DNA of 48,260 nucleotides from Verrucomicrobiota bacterium (lineage in GTDB: Bacteria; Verrucomicrobiota; Verrucomicrobiia; Opitutales; Seribacteraceae), in NCBI GenBank assembly GCA_027593365.1, contig JAQCIX010000001.1, forward strand, positions 1-48,260. The letters are read 5' to 3'. A program made the position numbers and the translations under genes. Shown here piece after piece: positions 19,843 to 30,372 of this stretch (the stretch's first letter is position 1; the number at the start of each line of letters is the position of its first letter). The notes beneath the pieces are model-generated. The model saw only the letters and a program-made list of their open reading frames with translations, did no database searches and had not been told where the DNA came from.

Positions 19843-20573
19843 CAGAGTGCGTGGGATGGAACTGCTTGATTTACAGGAATCAAACGATTTTGAAATTCTC
19901 CCAACGGTACATCATGAATTTGATCAAGAGTAAGAGCATCTGAAATCGAGAATTGATCAATTCGAGTGCGCCTAAGGCTTTGCAAGTGGGCACCACAACC
20001 CAGGCGCTGCCCCAAATCGTGAACAACCGTGCGTACATAGGTGCCCTTGCTACAGTCCATAAAGAACTGACCAAGAGGAGATTCCCAACCCTCAAGCCTT
20101 AACTCATTCACACGAATAAAACGGGGTTCCCGCTCCACGGTCTTGCCCTTGCGAGCCATTTTATAGAGAGGAACACCATCGATCTTTTTGGCAGAAAACA
20201 TAGGTGGCGTTTGATACTGATCACCAAGGAAGCTCTGCATTTCTTTAACAATTATTGCACTGGTCAGATCAACGGGTAAGGGTTTTTCAGCAACCACCTC
20301 ACCATCCGCATCCTGACTATCAGTCTCCACGCCAAGCAAAAAAGTTCCCTCATAGGCCTTATCCAAGCTGATTAGAAACTGCGATACCTTAGTTGCTTTG
20401 CCAATGAGCATGATTAATAAACCAGTAGCGAGAGGATCCAATGTTCCAGCGTGACCAATCTTTTTCATCCGCAATTTACGGCGCAACCGGTCCACCACAT
20501 CATGAGAAGTGATACCTTGAGGTTTATCGACCAATAAGATTCCTTCAAACTCCATATCTTGTCTTGTACTCAA
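19842..20573 (-). CDS. truB: tRNA pseudouridine(55) synthase
   Basis: [38 protein letters not shown]. Confidence 0.97.
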   Translation of the reverse strand: MSTRQDMEFEGILLVDKPQGITSHDVVDRLRRKLRMKKIGHAGTLDPLATGLLIMLIGKATKVSQFLISLDKAYEGTFLLGVETDSQDADGEVVAEKPLPVDLTSAIIVKEMQSFLGDQYQTPPMFSAKKIDGVPLYKMARKGKTVEREPRFIRVNELRLEGWESPLGQFFMDCSKGTYVRTVVHDLGQRLGCGAHLQSLRRTRIDQFSISDALTLDQIHDVPLGEFQNRLIPVNQAVPSHAL

Positions 20574-21571
20574 TTCAACTCCCCTGTTTCAACAAGTTCT
20601 AAATGTCGGTTAATCGTCTCAATCAAGTTCGGATAAAGCTCTTCCAATGTCCCATTCACATTAAAGCCGGCAGCACAAGTATGCCCACCTCCATTAAATT
20701 CTTTCGCCAAGATATCCACCCGAAACTTTTCATCCTTCGCCCGGAAACTTCCCTTGATCAGACCATTTCTCTCCTCAATAAAAACAGCAATTTGCACACC
20801 ATCTTGGGATCGGGCATAATCTACAAAATTTTCAGCATCTTCCGGTTTAGTCCCGGTCTCAAGAAAATCGGCCCCGTGAATACAGCCGACGCAAACCCGA
20901 TCCTGTAATTCCATGCGAAAGCTAGCCAGAAAGCGCTGAAGTAATTGGATACGACCTGGTTTTTCCTTTTCATAAAGTTCGCGGGCAATTTCGGAAGGAC
21001 AGACCCCCGCGTCACAGAGCATCCGGCAGATTTCGAAAACGGACCCATTGGTACCGGAGTAACAAAACTGACCCGTGTCGGTGCAAATTCCTAAGTAGAG
21101 GGCTTCTGCAGTGCATTTGTCCACTTGAAATCCGCTATCAAAAAAGAATTTTGCCAGGATTTCTCCGGTCGCGGATGCATCGGATAAGATAAAGTTTTCC
21201 TTCCCGTAAAGAGTATTTGAGACATGGTGGTCGATGTTCATCTCCACTTCGGGGAAACGATTGCACAAGTCCTCTCCCACCCGAGCATGATCCGCACAGT
21301 CGACCGTGATGATTTGATAGTGCCCACCCTTCACCTCTGCCGGGGATAGGAAGGGAGTACCTTCAGCAAATTTTCTGAGCGTTCGCGGAATTGGGTCCTG
21401 ATTAACCGCCTGGGCATCTTTACCCAACGCAAGCAGGGCCCGGGTAAGGCCTACTTGGGAGCCCACGCAATCCCCATCCGGCCGCTTGTGACCAAGTACC
21501 AGAATGGGCCGGTCATCCAATCGGGAAATAGCTTGAGCGAATAGGGTGGATTCTTTGAGAAAGACAGACAT
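20570..21571 (-). CDS. nrnA: DHH/DHHA1 phosphoesterase (oligoribonuclease/pAp phosphatase)
   Basis: [32 protein letters not shown]; usual truB/ribF context; ATG 21571 preferred over TTG 21580. Confidence 0.88.
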   Translation of the reverse strand: MSVFLKESTLFAQAISRLDDRPILVLGHKRPDGDCVGSQVGLTRALLALGKDAQAVNQDPIPRTLRKFAEGTPFLSPAEVKGGHYQIITVDCADHARVGEDLCNRFPEVEMNIDHHVSNTLYGKENFILSDASATGEILAKFFFDSGFQVDKCTAEALYLGICTDTGQFCYSGTNGSVFEICRMLCDAGVCPSEIARELYEKEKPGRIQLLQRFLASFRMELQDRVCVGCIHGADFLETGTKPEDAENFVDYARSQDGVQIAVFIEERNGLIKGSFRAKDEKFRVDILAKEFNGGGHTCAAGFNVNGTLEELYPNLIETINRHLELVETGELN

Positions 21572-21626
21572 ATGTGACAAAAAGTGAATTTTATATCACA
21601 ACTCGGAAGGGAGGAAAAGCATGGAA

Positions 21627-24107
21627 CTAGCCAGTCTCCGGCACTAGAAACCCATCCTCATCCATTCCCTGCACCCCGACAATTCCTTCCCCATTTCCCT
21701 CACCCAGTAGAACAAATGTCCTATCCTCCATTCTGTAAGAATAACCTGGAAGTAGTCGGCCGAGGGTACCTTGTTTGTGACCACGCTGGCTATTGGACAA
21801 ACTTTCTTCATCAGGCAGTTGTACAGATACCAACCCATCACGGACAGTAGCATATCCACTCACCGAGTGACAGATCTGCAAGGAAACATCCTCCTTAATC
21901 TGGACCCAGTCCCCGGAGTCAGCCTGCTCAAACTCAACCTGAGCAAGCAGAGGAAACCAGGGGAACCATTGATCCTCCCAGGCTTGTGAGCCCGACAAAA
22001 TTTTGAGTCTTGGATGGTCCAATAGATTGGTCTCTTGTAAACGCATCCAATTGGCCCAAGGCAGGCAGTTGGACTCGCTCTTCTCTTCAAGGAGATGGTT
22101 TACGGCTTGTGCCCATTTCCCGTAGGGTTCTGGCCAGTCACCTCCTCCATCCCGTATCGCCTTCAGGAAATCAGACCGTTTCACCGTCACTCCACCTTGG
22201 TCTCGAAACAACATTCCGCTTTGTTTTCGAAAGATTCGCTCCCTTAAGGCATGGCGAGCAGCACGACCCACGAGAACGCGCTCATTAAAAGAAGCACGAC
22301 CAAGGTCAAGAACCGCACGCCTCACCGATTCTGGGCTAGCCTCTAATGAGTCGATGGGAGACCCACACCTCACAGTTATCCGGTAAGGAAATGCCCGCGG
22401 AAGTTTTTTAAAAAAACGCCCGCCCTGGTAGCTATAGGTAGATCCCCAAACCCCGTCCAAGTGAGCTGGAACAACTGGCACCTTGCTATGCTTAGCTAGG
22501 AGCATAAATCCCCGTTGAAAAGGTAGGGTTACCCCCAACCGGGATATTCCACCCTCAGCAAAAAGGCAAAGGGGACGGCCGGATACTAGGCTTTTGATGG
22601 ATCGTCGAAGGGCAGAAAAAGAATGCTTCGGGGAGAGAGTCAAGGTACGGGTTAAGCGGAAAATGCACCTCAAAATCTTCGAACTACCTAGTTCATCATG
22701 AGCGAGGTATCGAACCTTTCTAGGAAAGGCGGCACCGATAAAGACCGGGTCGGCATAAGAAAGATGATTGCTGACAATCAAAGCACCACCCTGTTCCGGG
22801 AAATTCTCCATCCCCACAACCCGGATCCGGTAAAAAATCCTTAGGACAATGTGGAAACAAGCCCGTAAAAGATCTTCAAACTGGTAAATCATACTAACCA
22901 GGGCGATAACCCCAAGGGGGAATATAAGGATCAGAATTTCTTCCTTGGCCCCCAACCCTAGCACATTGGAAAACCAGGCATGCACCCCAATCAAGGCGAC
23001 CCCGCCCAACTGAGTAAGTAAATTGGATGCGGCAAGGACTCGACCACGCTCATCTTCCCCAGCCTGATTCTGAAGGCAACCATTGAGCGGTACAAAAAAC
23101 AAAGCCCCGAAAAAACCGAGCGATGCACAGCTGCACTCAAAAACCCCACTGAGGGGGTGGGATATGTAGACAACCCAGAGGCTCAAGGCCATTCCCACCG
23201 CCCCCATCGGACAGAGCCCAATCTCAATCCTGCCCTTGTTCAAATAGCCACAAAAAAGACAGCCAGCCATAATCCCTACACCGAGTAAAAGAAACCAGTA
23301 CCCATAGAGGCTACCCATGCCAACCTTCCCCACCGTCACTTCGCCCGACAACTTGACCAGTATCAGGTAGAAAAACCCGCCCACCGCCCAGAAGCAGGCA
23401 TCCCCCAGGGCTGCCCATCGCAGGCTTGGGCGCTTGAGCAACTGTCCAAGATCACGGAAGTGGCTGAAAATAACAGAGAGAGAAAATGGCGGTGCCTTGG
23501 GGGCTTCCGTGGACGGGGTGGGCAAAAAAATAACCCAGGAAACCAGAGCAAGAAAGCAAATCCCCAAGGTAATAAGCTGAGCGGTCTCCCACCCGCCTCT
23601 GCCTGCCACCAAGTGATCGAAGAGAACCGCTCCACTGAAAGCACCCCCAAGTATGCCCACAATGGTTAGCATCTCCATCCACCCAACCGCTTTGCCAAGT
23701 TGGCCATAGCCGACAATTTCCTTAAGAATCCCTTTCTTGGCTGGAGATAAAAAAGTCGACTGGGTAGATAGAAGAAAAAAACCAGTTAGGGTTATGGGCA
23801 GGCTTCTTTGGGAAACCCCAAAAACGATCCCGCCCAATCCAATAAGTTGGGCGAGAAGGCTTGTTCCCACCACCTGTCTTTTCGGATACCTGTCTGCCAC
23901 CCAACCGGCCCATGGGGCGAAGAGGATGAAGGGGAGGATCAGGAGAATGGATGCCTGTTGATTGACCAAATCCATGCTCTCCCTTCCAAACTGAAAAGCG
24001 GCCAGAACAGGTAGGATTGCTTTGACTGCATTGTCATTAAAAGCCCCAATGCATTGAGCAACAAGCAGGGGTATCGTTTGGCGAAAAGAAAGCGGGGGGG
24101 TGCTCAT
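21627..24107 (-). CDS. LplT-type MFS lysophospholipid transporter fused to a PlsC acyltransferase and a degenerate acyl-ACP synthetase remnant (Aas-like)
   Basis: AQCIGAFNDN, GWVADRYPKR, LSPAKKGILKE (LplT-like); SNHLSYAD and FAEGGIS (acyltransferase); C-terminal GTLGRLLPG. Start could be 24107 or 24116. Confidence 0.85.
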   Translation of the reverse strand: MSTPPLSFRQTIPLLVAQCIGAFNDNAVKAILPVLAAFQFGRESMDLVNQQASILLILPFILFAPWAGWVADRYPKRQVVGTSLLAQLIGLGGIVFGVSQRSLPITLTGFFLLSTQSTFLSPAKKGILKEIVGYGQLGKAVGWMEMLTIVGILGGAFSGAVLFDHLVAGRGGWETAQLITLGICFLALVSWVIFLPTPSTEAPKAPPFSLSVIFSHFRDLGQLLKRPSLRWAALGDACFWAVGGFFYLILVKLSGEVTVGKVGMGSLYGYWFLLLGVGIMAGCLFCGYLNKGRIEIGLCPMGAVGMALSLWVVYISHPLSGVFECSCASLGFFGALFFVPLNGCLQNQAGEDERGRVLAASNLLTQLGGVALIGVHAWFSNVLGLGAKEEILILIFPLGVIALVSMIYQFEDLLRACFHIVLRIFYRIRVVGMENFPEQGGALIVSNHLSYADPVFIGAAFPRKVRYLAHDELGSSKILRCIFRLTRTLTLSPKHSFSALRRSIKSLVSGRPLCLFAEGGISRLGVTLPFQRGFMLLAKHSKVPVVPAHLDGVWGSTYSYQGGRFFKKLPRAFPYRITVRCGSPIDSLEASPESVRRAVLDLGRASFNERVLVGRAARHALRERIFRKQSGMLFRDQGGVTVKRSDFLKAIRDGGGDWPEPYGKWAQAVNHLLEEKSESNCLPWANWMRLQETNLLDHPRLKILSGSQAWEDQWFPWFPLLAQVEFEQADSGDWVQIKEDVSLQICHSVSGYATVRDGLVSVQLPDEESLSNSQRGHKQGTLGRLLPGYSYRMEDRTFVLLGEGNGEGIVGVQGMDEDGFLVPETG

Positions 24108-24212
24108 ATACTCCATCAAGGAGTTAGGGCTCCTCTGCTAGCATGGCGATTTTTTTTTGAGCCTTCGTAAATCTGGGTTGCCAGCGGTTGGTCTCGAGCA
24201 AAGCATGAATCC

Positions 24213-25715
24213 ATGCTCAAAAAGACCCTGCCCTTATTTATTTGTCTGCTTGGCCCAGCATTCGCCAAGCAGCCCAATGTCCTTTTCATTTTTTCGGACG
24301 ACCATGCCTATCAAGCGATCTCGGCCTATGGATCCAATCGCAACCAGACCCCCAACCTCGATCGCATCGCCAACGAAGGTATGCGATTTGACCGTGCCTT
24401 TGTCACTAACTCGATTTGTGCCCCCAGTCGGGCAGTTGTGCTGACCGGCAAGCATAGCCATCTCAATGGTCAACTTACCAATATGGAAACCTTTGACGGC
24501 TCGCAGCAAACTTTTCCCAAGCTCCTGCAAAAAGCGGGTTATCAGACCGCACTCTTTGGTAAGTGGCACCTAAAAAGCAGTCCCACGGGATTTGATTTCT
24601 GGGAAGTGCTCCGTGGACAGGGTCCGTATTACAACCCACTCTTTCTTACTGAAAAAGGAAGGAAAAATATCACCGGATATACCACTGACATCATTACAGA
24701 CCGTACCCTGGATTGGCTGAAAAATGAGCGGAATTCGGAACAACCGTTTTTTCTTTGCTCCTGGCACAAGGCTCCCCACCGCAACTGGTTGCCTGCACCC
24801 AAATACATGAAAAAGTATGATGACAAAGATATCCCGGAACCTGAAACCCTGCGGGATAATTATGAAAACCGATTATCTCCTGCGTCCACGCAGGCAATGA
24901 CGATTGATCAACATATGCGGGATGACTGGGATTTTAAATTAACTCCACCAAGGGAATTAAATGAGGAGCAAAAGAAAATTTGGAATGCTGCGTATGAGCC
25001 TAAAAACCAAGCATTCCGTGAGGCAAAGTTGGGAGGGGATGATCTGCTGAAGTGGAAGTACCAGCGTTATGCCAAGGATTACCTCAGATGTATTGATTCA
25101 GTGGATGAAAATATTGGTCGTCTCCTGGATTATCTTGATCAGAGTGAATTGGCGGAGAATACCATTGTGATCTATTCCTCTGACCAGGGCTGGTACTTAG
25201 GAGAACATGGTTGGTATGATAAGCGATGGATGTATGAAGAATCCTTCCGCACCCCCCTCCTCATCCGCTGGCCTGGCACTATCCGTCCTGGCAGTGTCAA
25301 TATGGATCTCGTACAAAATCTGGATTATGCCCAGACTTTTCTTGATATCTGCGGAGCCAAACAACCCACGGACATGCAGGGAAGATCTCTTCTTCCTTTG
25401 CTCATGGGAAAAACCCCTGAGGACTGGAGGGAATCGATCTACTATCAATACTACGAATTCCCCGGATCACACAATGTCCGCAGGCACTACGGCGTGCGCA
25501 ACCATCGCTACAAGCTGATTCATTTCTACATGATTGATGGCTGGGAATTGTATGATCTGGAAAAAGATCCCCATGAATTAAACTCCGTCTTCGGAGAACC
25601 GTCCTATGCTGAAATTACTGAAGAAATGAAAAAGGAACTTCAACGACTTAGGGAAAAATACCAGGTACCCGAGGACAAACGCCCCTTACCCAAAATAGTT
25701 AGGGAGATTTACTAA
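24213..25715 (+). CDS. secreted formylglycine-dependent sulfatase (S1 family; GlcNAc-6-sulfatase-like)
   Basis: Signal peptide ending AFA; [22 protein letters not shown] (CxPxR), [24 protein letters not shown]. Confidence 0.93.
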   Translation: MLKKTLPLFICLLGPAFAKQPNVLFIFSDDHAYQAISAYGSNRNQTPNLDRIANEGMRFDRAFVTNSICAPSRAVVLTGKHSHLNGQLTNMETFDGSQQTFPKLLQKAGYQTALFGKWHLKSSPTGFDFWEVLRGQGPYYNPLFLTEKGRKNITGYTTDIITDRTLDWLKNERNSEQPFFLCSWHKAPHRNWLPAPKYMKKYDDKDIPEPETLRDNYENRLSPASTQAMTIDQHMRDDWDFKLTPPRELNEEQKKIWNAAYEPKNQAFREAKLGGDDLLKWKYQRYAKDYLRCIDSVDENIGRLLDYLDQSELAENTIVIYSSDQGWYLGEHGWYDKRWMYEESFRTPLLIRWPGTIRPGSVNMDLVQNLDYAQTFLDICGAKQPTDMQGRSLLPLLMGKTPEDWRESIYYQYYEFPGSHNVRRHYGVRNHRYKLIHFYMIDGWELYDLEKDPHELNSVFGEPSYAEITEEMKKELQRLREKYQVPEDKRPLPKIVREIY

Positions 25716-26006
25716 TCAGATCGCTGAAAGCTTTTCAATTTCCTGGGCAAGATCGATATCTTTCTGGGTAACCTTACCCCCGGAGTCATGGGTATTGAGT
25801 CCGATCTCAACCCGACTGTAGCAATTAAAAACTTCAGGGTGATGATCCACCGCTTCTGCCTCGTAGGAAATCCGCAGAATAAATCCCATCGCTTCTTTAA
25901 AATTAGAAAATTGAAAAGACTTTTTTAACTTATCTTCATTCCACTCCCACCCTTTTAAATCTTTGAGGAATTGGTTAATTTCATCCTTGTCTAAAGGTTT
26001 TGACAT
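25716..26006 (-). CDS. phhB: pterin-4-alpha-carbinolamine dehydratase
   Basis: FSNFKEAMGF, AEAVDHHPE, LNTHDSGGKVTQKD; ATG 26006 preferred because of the promoter position. Confidence 0.9.
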   Translation of the reverse strand: MSKPLDKDEINQFLKDLKGWEWNEDKLKKSFQFSNFKEAMGFILRISYEAEAVDHHPEVFNCYSRVEIGLNTHDSGGKVTQKDIDLAQEIEKLSAI

Positions 26007-26015
26007 CGCAGGAAA

Positions 26016-26044
26016 TTGGTACTCCATGCTTTCCTCGTTGTCAA
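26016..26044 (-). promoter_or_regulatory. candidate sigma70 promoter of phhB
   Basis: TTGACA-N17-TACCAA, then 9 nt to the ATG. Confidence 0.5.
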
Positions 26045-26086
26045 TTGGCTCCTTTGCCGTTGAGATAACAGAAGTCTCCTTTTTTG

Positions 26087-26836
26087 ATGAATCAGTTATC
26101 GCCCGAAGAAAAAAATAACCTGCCCCGTCATGTCGCCTTGATTATGGACGGAAATGGTAGGTGGGCAAAATCCCGCAGAATGCCGAGGCTTTTTGGTCAC
26201 CGTAATGGGGTGGAAAATGTGCGGGCTGTGGTTAATACCGCCAAGGAAGTAGGTGTTCCCTACATCACTCTTTACGCTTTCAGTACGGAGAACCAGAACC
26301 GCCCCAAGGATGAAAAATCTGGCCTAATGAAATTACTTGAGGAATTTCTCAAAAAAGAACTTCGGTCCATGATGGAGGACGGGATCCGCTTACGGGCAAT
26401 TGGCGATCTTTCCGGTCTGCCCGACTTTGCCCGTCGCATCGTCGAGGAAACAATCGAGCAGACCCGCGAAAACACCCAATGGAATCTAACCCTCGCCCTG
26501 AACTACGGCAGTCGGCAGGAAGTTTTGCGAGCAGTTGCCCAATACGGACAAGACCACCCATCCTCTTCTCACATTCCTTCTTGGGAAGAGTTTTCACCTT
26601 ACCTGCAAACCTCCGATCTTCCAGACCCCGACCTCATTATTCGAACCTCCGGAGAATTTCGCTTAAGCAACTTTTTGCTGCTTCAAGCCGCTTATGCGGA
26701 GATTTTTGTATCCCCACTACATTGGCCGGATTTTGGGCGGGACGCCTTTCTCGAAGCACTATCTAATTATGCTAACCGGGAGCGCCGGTTCGGAAAAACG
26801 AGTGAACAAATCCATCAACCCCTCCACACCTCATGA
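26087..26836 (+). CDS. uppS: undecaprenyl diphosphate synthase
   Basis: HVALIMDGNGRWA, YAFSTEN, ALNYGSR, IRTSGEFRLSNFLL, RERRFG. Confidence 0.97.
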   Translation: MNQLSPEEKNNLPRHVALIMDGNGRWAKSRRMPRLFGHRNGVENVRAVVNTAKEVGVPYITLYAFSTENQNRPKDEKSGLMKLLEEFLKKELRSMMEDGIRLRAIGDLSGLPDFARRIVEETIEQTRENTQWNLTLALNYGSRQEVLRAVAQYGQDHPSSSHIPSWEEFSPYLQTSDLPDPDLIIRTSGEFRLSNFLLLQAAYAEIFVSPLHWPDFGRDAFLEALSNYANRERRFGKTSEQIHQPLHTS

Positions 26837-27693
26837 TTTTACGAACCATTGCCACCATCATTCTTTGGGGATTGCTCGGAGGGATTGTCTATGGACTTAA
26901 AGAGCCGGGGGCGATGTGGATCCTTAACCTCTGTGCCACCCTCACCCTCTTTGAGGTCTACACCATCCTCGGACGGATTGGCTATGCCGCCAACCGGATC
27001 ACCGGATTGATCACCGGAGCCTGCATGATTCCGATTGCTTTTTACTTCCCGGGGGCAGGAATTGATGCTCTTGCCGTCGGTGCTCTCTTCTCCTCCGCAG
27101 CCTGTGTGGTTTTCCCTAAGGATCAACGCGGCCTCTATGTCAAACGCCTCCTCCCCACCTTTTTCGGCCTCCTCTTTGTCACATTTCTTCTTCATTATTT
27201 TGTTCGTATCCTTAGGGAAACAGAATCTGCAGTTCAGCCAGATATGATTGGTTTTGGTCTCTTCTTTTGTTTATGGATTGTTTTTGTGGCTAAATTTAGT
27301 GACATCGGTGCCCTCCTTGTGGGCAAAACGATTGGCCGCACCAAAATGGCTCCTTCGATTAGCCCAGGAAAAACCGTGGAGGGACTATTAGGAGGACTCG
27401 GGGCATCGGCAGGGATTGGTGCCTTATTGCCCTGGCTTGCACAGGGGCACCTCTCTTATCTTTTCGATTTCGGAACCATTGTATTTACTCCATCGCAAGG
27501 AGCTCTTTGGGGTCTTGTAATGGGAGTTGTTTCGGTTATTGGAGACCTCATTGCATCCGTTCTCAAAAGACTTGCCGGCATGAAAGATTCTGGAGGTGCT
27601 ATCCCCGGAATTGGTGGTCTGCTCGACCTGACTGACAGCTTAATCCTTTCCGCCCCTACCGGTTATTTTATCATTTTATTGATTAAATCATGA
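26833..27693 (+). CDS. cdsA: phosphatidate cytidylyltransferase
   Basis: SDIGA, ISPGKTVEG, GDLIASVLKR, KDSG...GGLLDLTDS; multi-TM. Confidence 0.95.
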   Translation: MILRTIATIILWGLLGGIVYGLKEPGAMWILNLCATLTLFEVYTILGRIGYAANRITGLITGACMIPIAFYFPGAGIDALAVGALFSSAACVVFPKDQRGLYVKRLLPTFFGLLFVTFLLHYFVRILRETESAVQPDMIGFGLFFCLWIVFVAKFSDIGALLVGKTIGRTKMAPSISPGKTVEGLLGGLGASAGIGALLPWLAQGHLSYLFDFGTIVFTPSQGALWGLVMGVVSVIGDLIASVLKRLAGMKDSGGAIPGIGGLLDLTDSLILSAPTGYFIILLIKS

Positions 27694-28844
27694 GTTTCCC
27701 TAGGAAGCTCGTAGTCTTAGGTGCAACAGGTTCCATTGGAGAAAGTTGCTTAAAAGTCATTCGTAAACATCCAGACAAGCTAAAGCTCATCGGCATATCC
27801 GCCCATAGCAATGCTGATAAACTAGCCGCTATCGCTCGTGAATTTGATGTAAAAAAAGTCCACCTATGTAAAAGCCCAGATACTCAGCCAGTGCTTCCGA
27901 TCCAATCAGAATTCATGGTTGGTCAGGAAATGTTATGCCAATTAGCAGCTTGGAGCGAAGCAGATATCGTTCTTGTGGCAGTGGTGGGTGCTGCTGGACT
28001 TGCCCCTACTCTTGCCGCCCTTGAAGCAGGTACAGATGTTGTTCTCGCCAATAAAGAGTCTTTGGTCGTGGGAGGCGAACTGGTTATGCAAACTGCCTCG
28101 CGGACTGGTGCCCGAATCTTGCCTGCCGATAGTGAACACAATGCCGTTTTTCAGTGTATTCAAGGACAGTCCCACTCGAGTGTAGAATCCATTGCCCTGA
28201 CAGCTTCAGGAGGTCCCTTTCGGGATCGCCCACTTGATCAGCTTCAATCCGTCACTCCAAAGGAAGCCCTGTGTCACCCCAACTGGGACATGGGTCCAAA
28301 AATAACTGTCGACTCTGCGACCATGGCAAACAAAGGCCTGGAGCTGATTGAAGCAAAATGGCTTTTCAATCTCCCCCCCGAGAAACTTCATGTGCTGATT
28401 CACCCGCCCAGCATTGTTCATGCCCTCGTGCGCTTTAATGATGGATGTGTATTCTCTCAAATGTCTCCCCCATCCATGACCTTCGCCATTCAAAATGCTC
28501 TTCTCTTCCCTGAAAGACACCCAGGTGTGGATGAAAGCATCAATTTTAACGATTCTCTAAATCTTCAATTTTACCCACCTGATCTTTCACGATACCCATG
28601 TTTAAAACTGGCAGGTGATGCCCTCCATCAAGGCGGACTGGCTCCCTTGGTCTTTAATGCAGCCAATGAAATTGCGGTTGAAGCATTTCTTTCAAATCGA
28701 ATTGGCTTTGGCCTTATTTCCAGCATTATTGAAAAAACACTCAACCTTTTTGACTACCAACCTGCTCACTCCATTGAAGATCTGCTATCACAAGACCAAA
28801 TTGCTCGAAAGCTTGCTCATAGAGAGATTCTCTCTTCTGCCTAA
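27690..28844 (+). CDS. dxr: 1-deoxy-D-xylulose-5-phosphate reductoisomerase
   Basis: LGATGSIG, LANKESLV, PADSEH, HPNWDMGPKITVDSATMANKGLE, NAANE. Confidence 0.97.
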   Translation: MSFPRKLVVLGATGSIGESCLKVIRKHPDKLKLIGISAHSNADKLAAIAREFDVKKVHLCKSPDTQPVLPIQSEFMVGQEMLCQLAAWSEADIVLVAVVGAAGLAPTLAALEAGTDVVLANKESLVVGGELVMQTASRTGARILPADSEHNAVFQCIQGQSHSSVESIALTASGGPFRDRPLDQLQSVTPKEALCHPNWDMGPKITVDSATMANKGLELIEAKWLFNLPPEKLHVLIHPPSIVHALVRFNDGCVFSQMSPPSMTFAIQNALLFPERHPGVDESINFNDSLNLQFYPPDLSRYPCLKLAGDALHQGGLAPLVFNAANEIAVEAFLSNRIGFGLISSIIEKTLNLFDYQPAHSIEDLLSQDQIARKLAHREILSSA

Positions 28845-28868
28845 CTTAGGTCTCTTTGTTTTATAATT

Positions 28869-30353
28869 ATGACCGTACTGTACGATATCGCTTTTCTATT
28901 TGTAGCTCTTTTTGCTCTTGGGTTTACTATTTTCATTCACGAATTGGGTCACTTTCTCGCAGCAAGAAGTCGAGGATTGATTATTACCCGTTTTTCGATT
29001 GGGTTCGGACCTAAATTGTTCGGATGGACTCGCAATGGTGTCGAATATAGATTATCAGCGATCCCTTTCGGTGGCTATGTCGCCCTTCCTCAGCTTTCAG
29101 ATATGGGGCGACTGGAAGGGAATGAAGACTCAAAACAAGCGAAGAGCCAAGATCCAGAACACTCAAAATCTGCCTGGGATGATTTTGATGATGACGAGGT
29201 CGAGGAAGAACCCCAGCCAGTATTGCCCAAGATCTCTTATTTGGATAAAATGATCGTTTCGGTTATGGGTGCCGTTTTTAATATCATCCTTGCATTTGCT
29301 CTCTCTGTTATCCTTTGGTTTTTTGGATACGATGTAACGGACTCTCAACTAACCACTCAAGTTGGCTATGTAGCTGAAACGGTTGAGCGATGGAATCCCT
29401 TGGTGGAAGAAGGAGAAGAAGTCACTTCTCCAGCTAAAAAAGCAGGCCTCTTACCTGGAGATGAAATCTTGGCAGTAGATGGTGCTCCTATTGATAATTT
29501 CATGGACATACAAAACCGTATCATTACGGGGAAGCAACAAACCGCCCAAGGTAGAAGATTGCTTAATCTCACAATCCTTAGAAATGGAAAAGAAAAGAAA
29601 ATTGAAGTTTATCCGGAGGTGTGGGGACCAGAAGAAATTAGGGTTATTGGAATTGGGCCGAAGGAAACCTTTTTTATTGGAGAATTATCTGCAGACATGC
29701 CTGCCGAAAGAGCTGGTCTCCAGGTTGGCGATCAACCTATCAGGATGAACGGTCAAACCCTCCACTCCTTTTCTCAGTTGGTGGATCTTTTGAATCGTTC
29801 CGACCTGAATCAATCCCTCTCCCTTACGGTTCGAAAAGGAGGAGAGCGGGGTCCCGAGCAGAGCATTCAACTCTCCCCAGTAGAAAAAGAAATACTCGTT
29901 GCAGGGGTTCCAACAGTTCGAAAACTCATTGGTTTTCGTCCAGATTTTAAGATCGTTACCACTTACCCGAATCCACTGACGCTCATCTACAGTCGAGTAA
30001 AGGATATGTATCTGACTTTAACCGGTTTAGTCAGCCCAGCTTCCGATGTTAAGCTTCGTAACATGAGTGGACCAGTCGGAATTGTAAATCATCTCAGTGT
30101 GTTTGCTAAAATTGGATTTAAAAAACTTCTTTGGTTTGTGGTTTTCATCAATGTTAATTTAGCCATTCTAAACCTCCTTCCTATTCCGGTTCTGGACGGT
30201 GGGCACATGCTTTTTGCAACCGTTGAAAAACTTAGAGGTCAGCCTCTTCCCTTGGCCTTTTTAGAGAGAGCTCAAATGTTGTTCGTCGCTCTACTCTTTT
30301 CCTTCATGCTCTATGTCACTTTCTTTGATGTTCAGCGATTGCTTCCTTTTTAA
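28869..30353 (+). CDS. rseP: site-2 (M50) zinc metalloprotease with two PDZ domains
   Basis: HELGH, FSIGFG, SGPVGI, NLLPIPVLDGGH; lies between dxr and ispG. Confidence 0.93.
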   Translation: MTVLYDIAFLFVALFALGFTIFIHELGHFLAARSRGLIITRFSIGFGPKLFGWTRNGVEYRLSAIPFGGYVALPQLSDMGRLEGNEDSKQAKSQDPEHSKSAWDDFDDDEVEEEPQPVLPKISYLDKMIVSVMGAVFNIILAFALSVILWFFGYDVTDSQLTTQVGYVAETVERWNPLVEEGEEVTSPAKKAGLLPGDEILAVDGAPIDNFMDIQNRIITGKQQTAQGRRLLNLTILRNGKEKKIEVYPEVWGPEEIRVIGIGPKETFFIGELSADMPAERAGLQVGDQPIRMNGQTLHSFSQLVDLLNRSDLNQSLSLTVRKGGERGPEQSIQLSPVEKEILVAGVPTVRKLIGFRPDFKIVTTYPNPLTLIYSRVKDMYLTLTGLVSPASDVKLRNMSGPVGIVNHLSVFAKIGFKKLLWFVVFINVNLAILNLLPIPVLDGGHMLFATVEKLRGQPLPLAFLERAQMLFVALLFSFMLYVTFFDVQRLLPF

Positions 30354-30372
30354 AGCCTCCTTGTTTGTATAG

